Below, piece by piece: positions 57,794 through 59,109 of a stretch of DNA of 59,109 nt. Under the pieces are notes generated by a model. It saw only the letters and a list, made by a program, of their open reading frames with translations. It had not been told where the DNA came from and ran no database searches. The first letter of the stretch is position 1; each line of letters starts with the position of its first letter. Both the position numbers and the translations under genes were made by a program. This DNA comes from a virus (lineage: Duplodnaviria; Caudoviricetes), in IMG/VR virus record IMGVR_UViG_3300032246_000466, positions 1 through 59,109 of that record; one strand, 5' to 3'.

Positions 57794-59109
57794 ATGCTAA
57801 GAGATGTATTTTATTACGGTAATAAGCCCAACGTTCACCCAAGAGAAAAATTTGCAACTTCATTAGAAGATGCTAGAAGTCAATGTACCACTGAACATTT
57901 TTGGATAATCAACGAATACTGTGATTATCGAAATTTTGATTGGGATTGGGATTTTGAATTTCTACCCGATGAAGATGTTTGGGCTGAAGAACACAACAAT
58001 GTATGGCCTAGCCAACATCAAAAAGATAGCGGCACCTGGTTATGTCCAAAAAACCACAGCGATATAATTATCTATCGTGCTGATGTTGGAACAGTCAATC
58101 GCAAAAACACAAAGAATGAACACTGGATATTATCTGAATTAATTGACGAAACTAAATTTGATTTTAGCTGGCATCCAGACCCAACTGAGCCTGATTATAT
58201 ATATGAATTTGGTACACAATGGCACGACAGAGGTGGACCAAGATATGTACCTGAATCTATCGTCAGATTATCATCCGGTGAACCAATTGGACAGATTAAG
58301 TATGTAACCAATATTGTTTCTACATTAATTCAAAATAAAGCTAAATGGATTATACCTAATAATATTGATACTAGTGATTTTGACTTTAGCTGGGTGCCTC
58401 ATCCAGATGAACAACCTTATATACATCAGTTTGGTACTCAACATCAAAAGACAGGTGGACCTAAATATGTAGTTGAAGGTGCAACTGAATTTAAATATAT
58501 TAATTTACAACGTGCAATAGCATTACCTAATAAAGACAATTGGAAAATAGCCGACGGTATAGTTATTGATAATTTTGATTATAGTTGGCATCACGATGAG
58601 ACTGATGAGCCATACATTTATGTATTTGGTAATAATCAATATCCTGCTGAAGTTATGGCAACACTTACATATCTACCAGCAGATGCGGTTAAATTACCTT
58701 CAGGTAAACCAATTGGTCGTTTAATTAAATATGTTAGCAAACTAATTGCAACTCTTGGTGAAAACAAAACTAATTGGGTTATTCCTGATAATATAGATAC
58801 TACAGGATTTGACTTCAGTTGGATACCTGATCCACATGATGAGGCTTTTATATATCAATTTGGTACACAATGGCAAAAGACAGGTGGACCTAAGTACATC
58901 ACTCCCGACGTTCATAAGAATAGTGCAATAAAATACATTGAAACACTGAAAGTAAAAAGATTACCTAACAAAGACAATTTTGAAATACTAGATGATAATG
59001 TAATAGTTGATTTTGATTACTCATGGCATCCGGATGAGACAGAAGAACCATACATATATCAATTTGGGAATAATCAATATCCAGCAGAGATAATGCCAAC
59101 AATACAGTA
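57794..59109 (+). CDS. Repeat protein with FD(F/Y)SWxP(D/H)...YIYxFG modules; 3'-truncated and not in the ORF track
   Basis: Open frame from ATG 57794 (MLRDVFYYGNKPNVHPRE...) to the window end. In-frame FD(F/Y)SW motifs at 58157, 58379, 58574, 58808 and 59012. Confidence 0.85.
   Translation, partial: MLRDVFYYGNKPNVHPREKFATSLEDARSQCTTEHFWIINEYCDYRNFDWDWDFEFLPDEDVWAEEHNNVWPSQHQKDSGTWLCPKNHSDIIIYRADVGTVNRKNTKNEHWILSELIDETKFDFSWHPDPTEPDYIYEFGTQWHDRGGPRYVPESIVRLSSGEPIGQIKYVTNIVSTLIQNKAKWIIPNNIDTSDFDFSWVPHPDEQPYIHQFGTQHQKTGGPKYVVEGATEFKYINLQRAIALPNKDNWKIADGIVIDNFDYSWHHDETDEPYIYVFGNNQYPAEVMATLTYLPADAVKLPSGKPIGRLIKYVSKLIATLGENKTNWVIPDNIDTTGFDFSWIPDPHDEAFIYQFGTQWQKTGGPKYITPDVHKNSAIKYIETLKVKRLPNKDNFEILDDNVIVDFDYSWHPDETEEPYIYQFGNNQYPAEIMPTIQ

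Noticed and set aside
1-59109. Stop-codon reassignment, since none of the called genes ends in TAG
   Set aside because: All genes, including the 19.6-kb one, read through intact in the standard code with no in-frame TAG or TGA. Avoidance of TAG is explained by AT-rich stop preference and ATGA/TAATG overlaps.

Overview
The window is an AT-rich, gene-dense stretch with every plausible gene on the + strand. It is best read as part of a large T4-like (contractile-tailed, probably jumbo) bacteriophage genome. Bases 1-35035 are a baseplate/tail module: a tube-initiator-like protein with N-terminal tandem repeats (5'-truncated), a gp53/LysM-like protein, a hub, a gp5/VgrG-like spike followed by two low-complexity ORFs, gp25, gp6, a 6534-aa multi-repeat wedge/adhesin protein, a 50-aa ORF missed by the ORF track, a collar-like protein, a fibre with an autocleaving chaperone and a Thr/Gly-rich virion protein. 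From 35085 to the end is an almost gapless, apparently translationally coupled run of 23 genes. It holds three GT-A-like and three GT10-like glycosyltransferase candidates, a GDP-mannose 3',5'-epimerase, five twitch/SPASM radical SAM enzymes (four with the twitch domain at the N-terminus), two cobalamin-binding radical SAM enzymes, four GCS-type SGNH proteins, a NodU/CmcH carbamoyltransferase with a coupled 32-aa peptide, and a 3'-truncated FDFSW-repeat protein. T4-late-promoter-like TAAATA/TAAGTA boxes precede genes in both halves. The best candidate for an undescribed system is this cluster, read as a phage-encoded pathway that builds and heavily tailors a glycan, most plausibly on the virion. 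All functional calls come from motif recognition by eye; no database searches were run.
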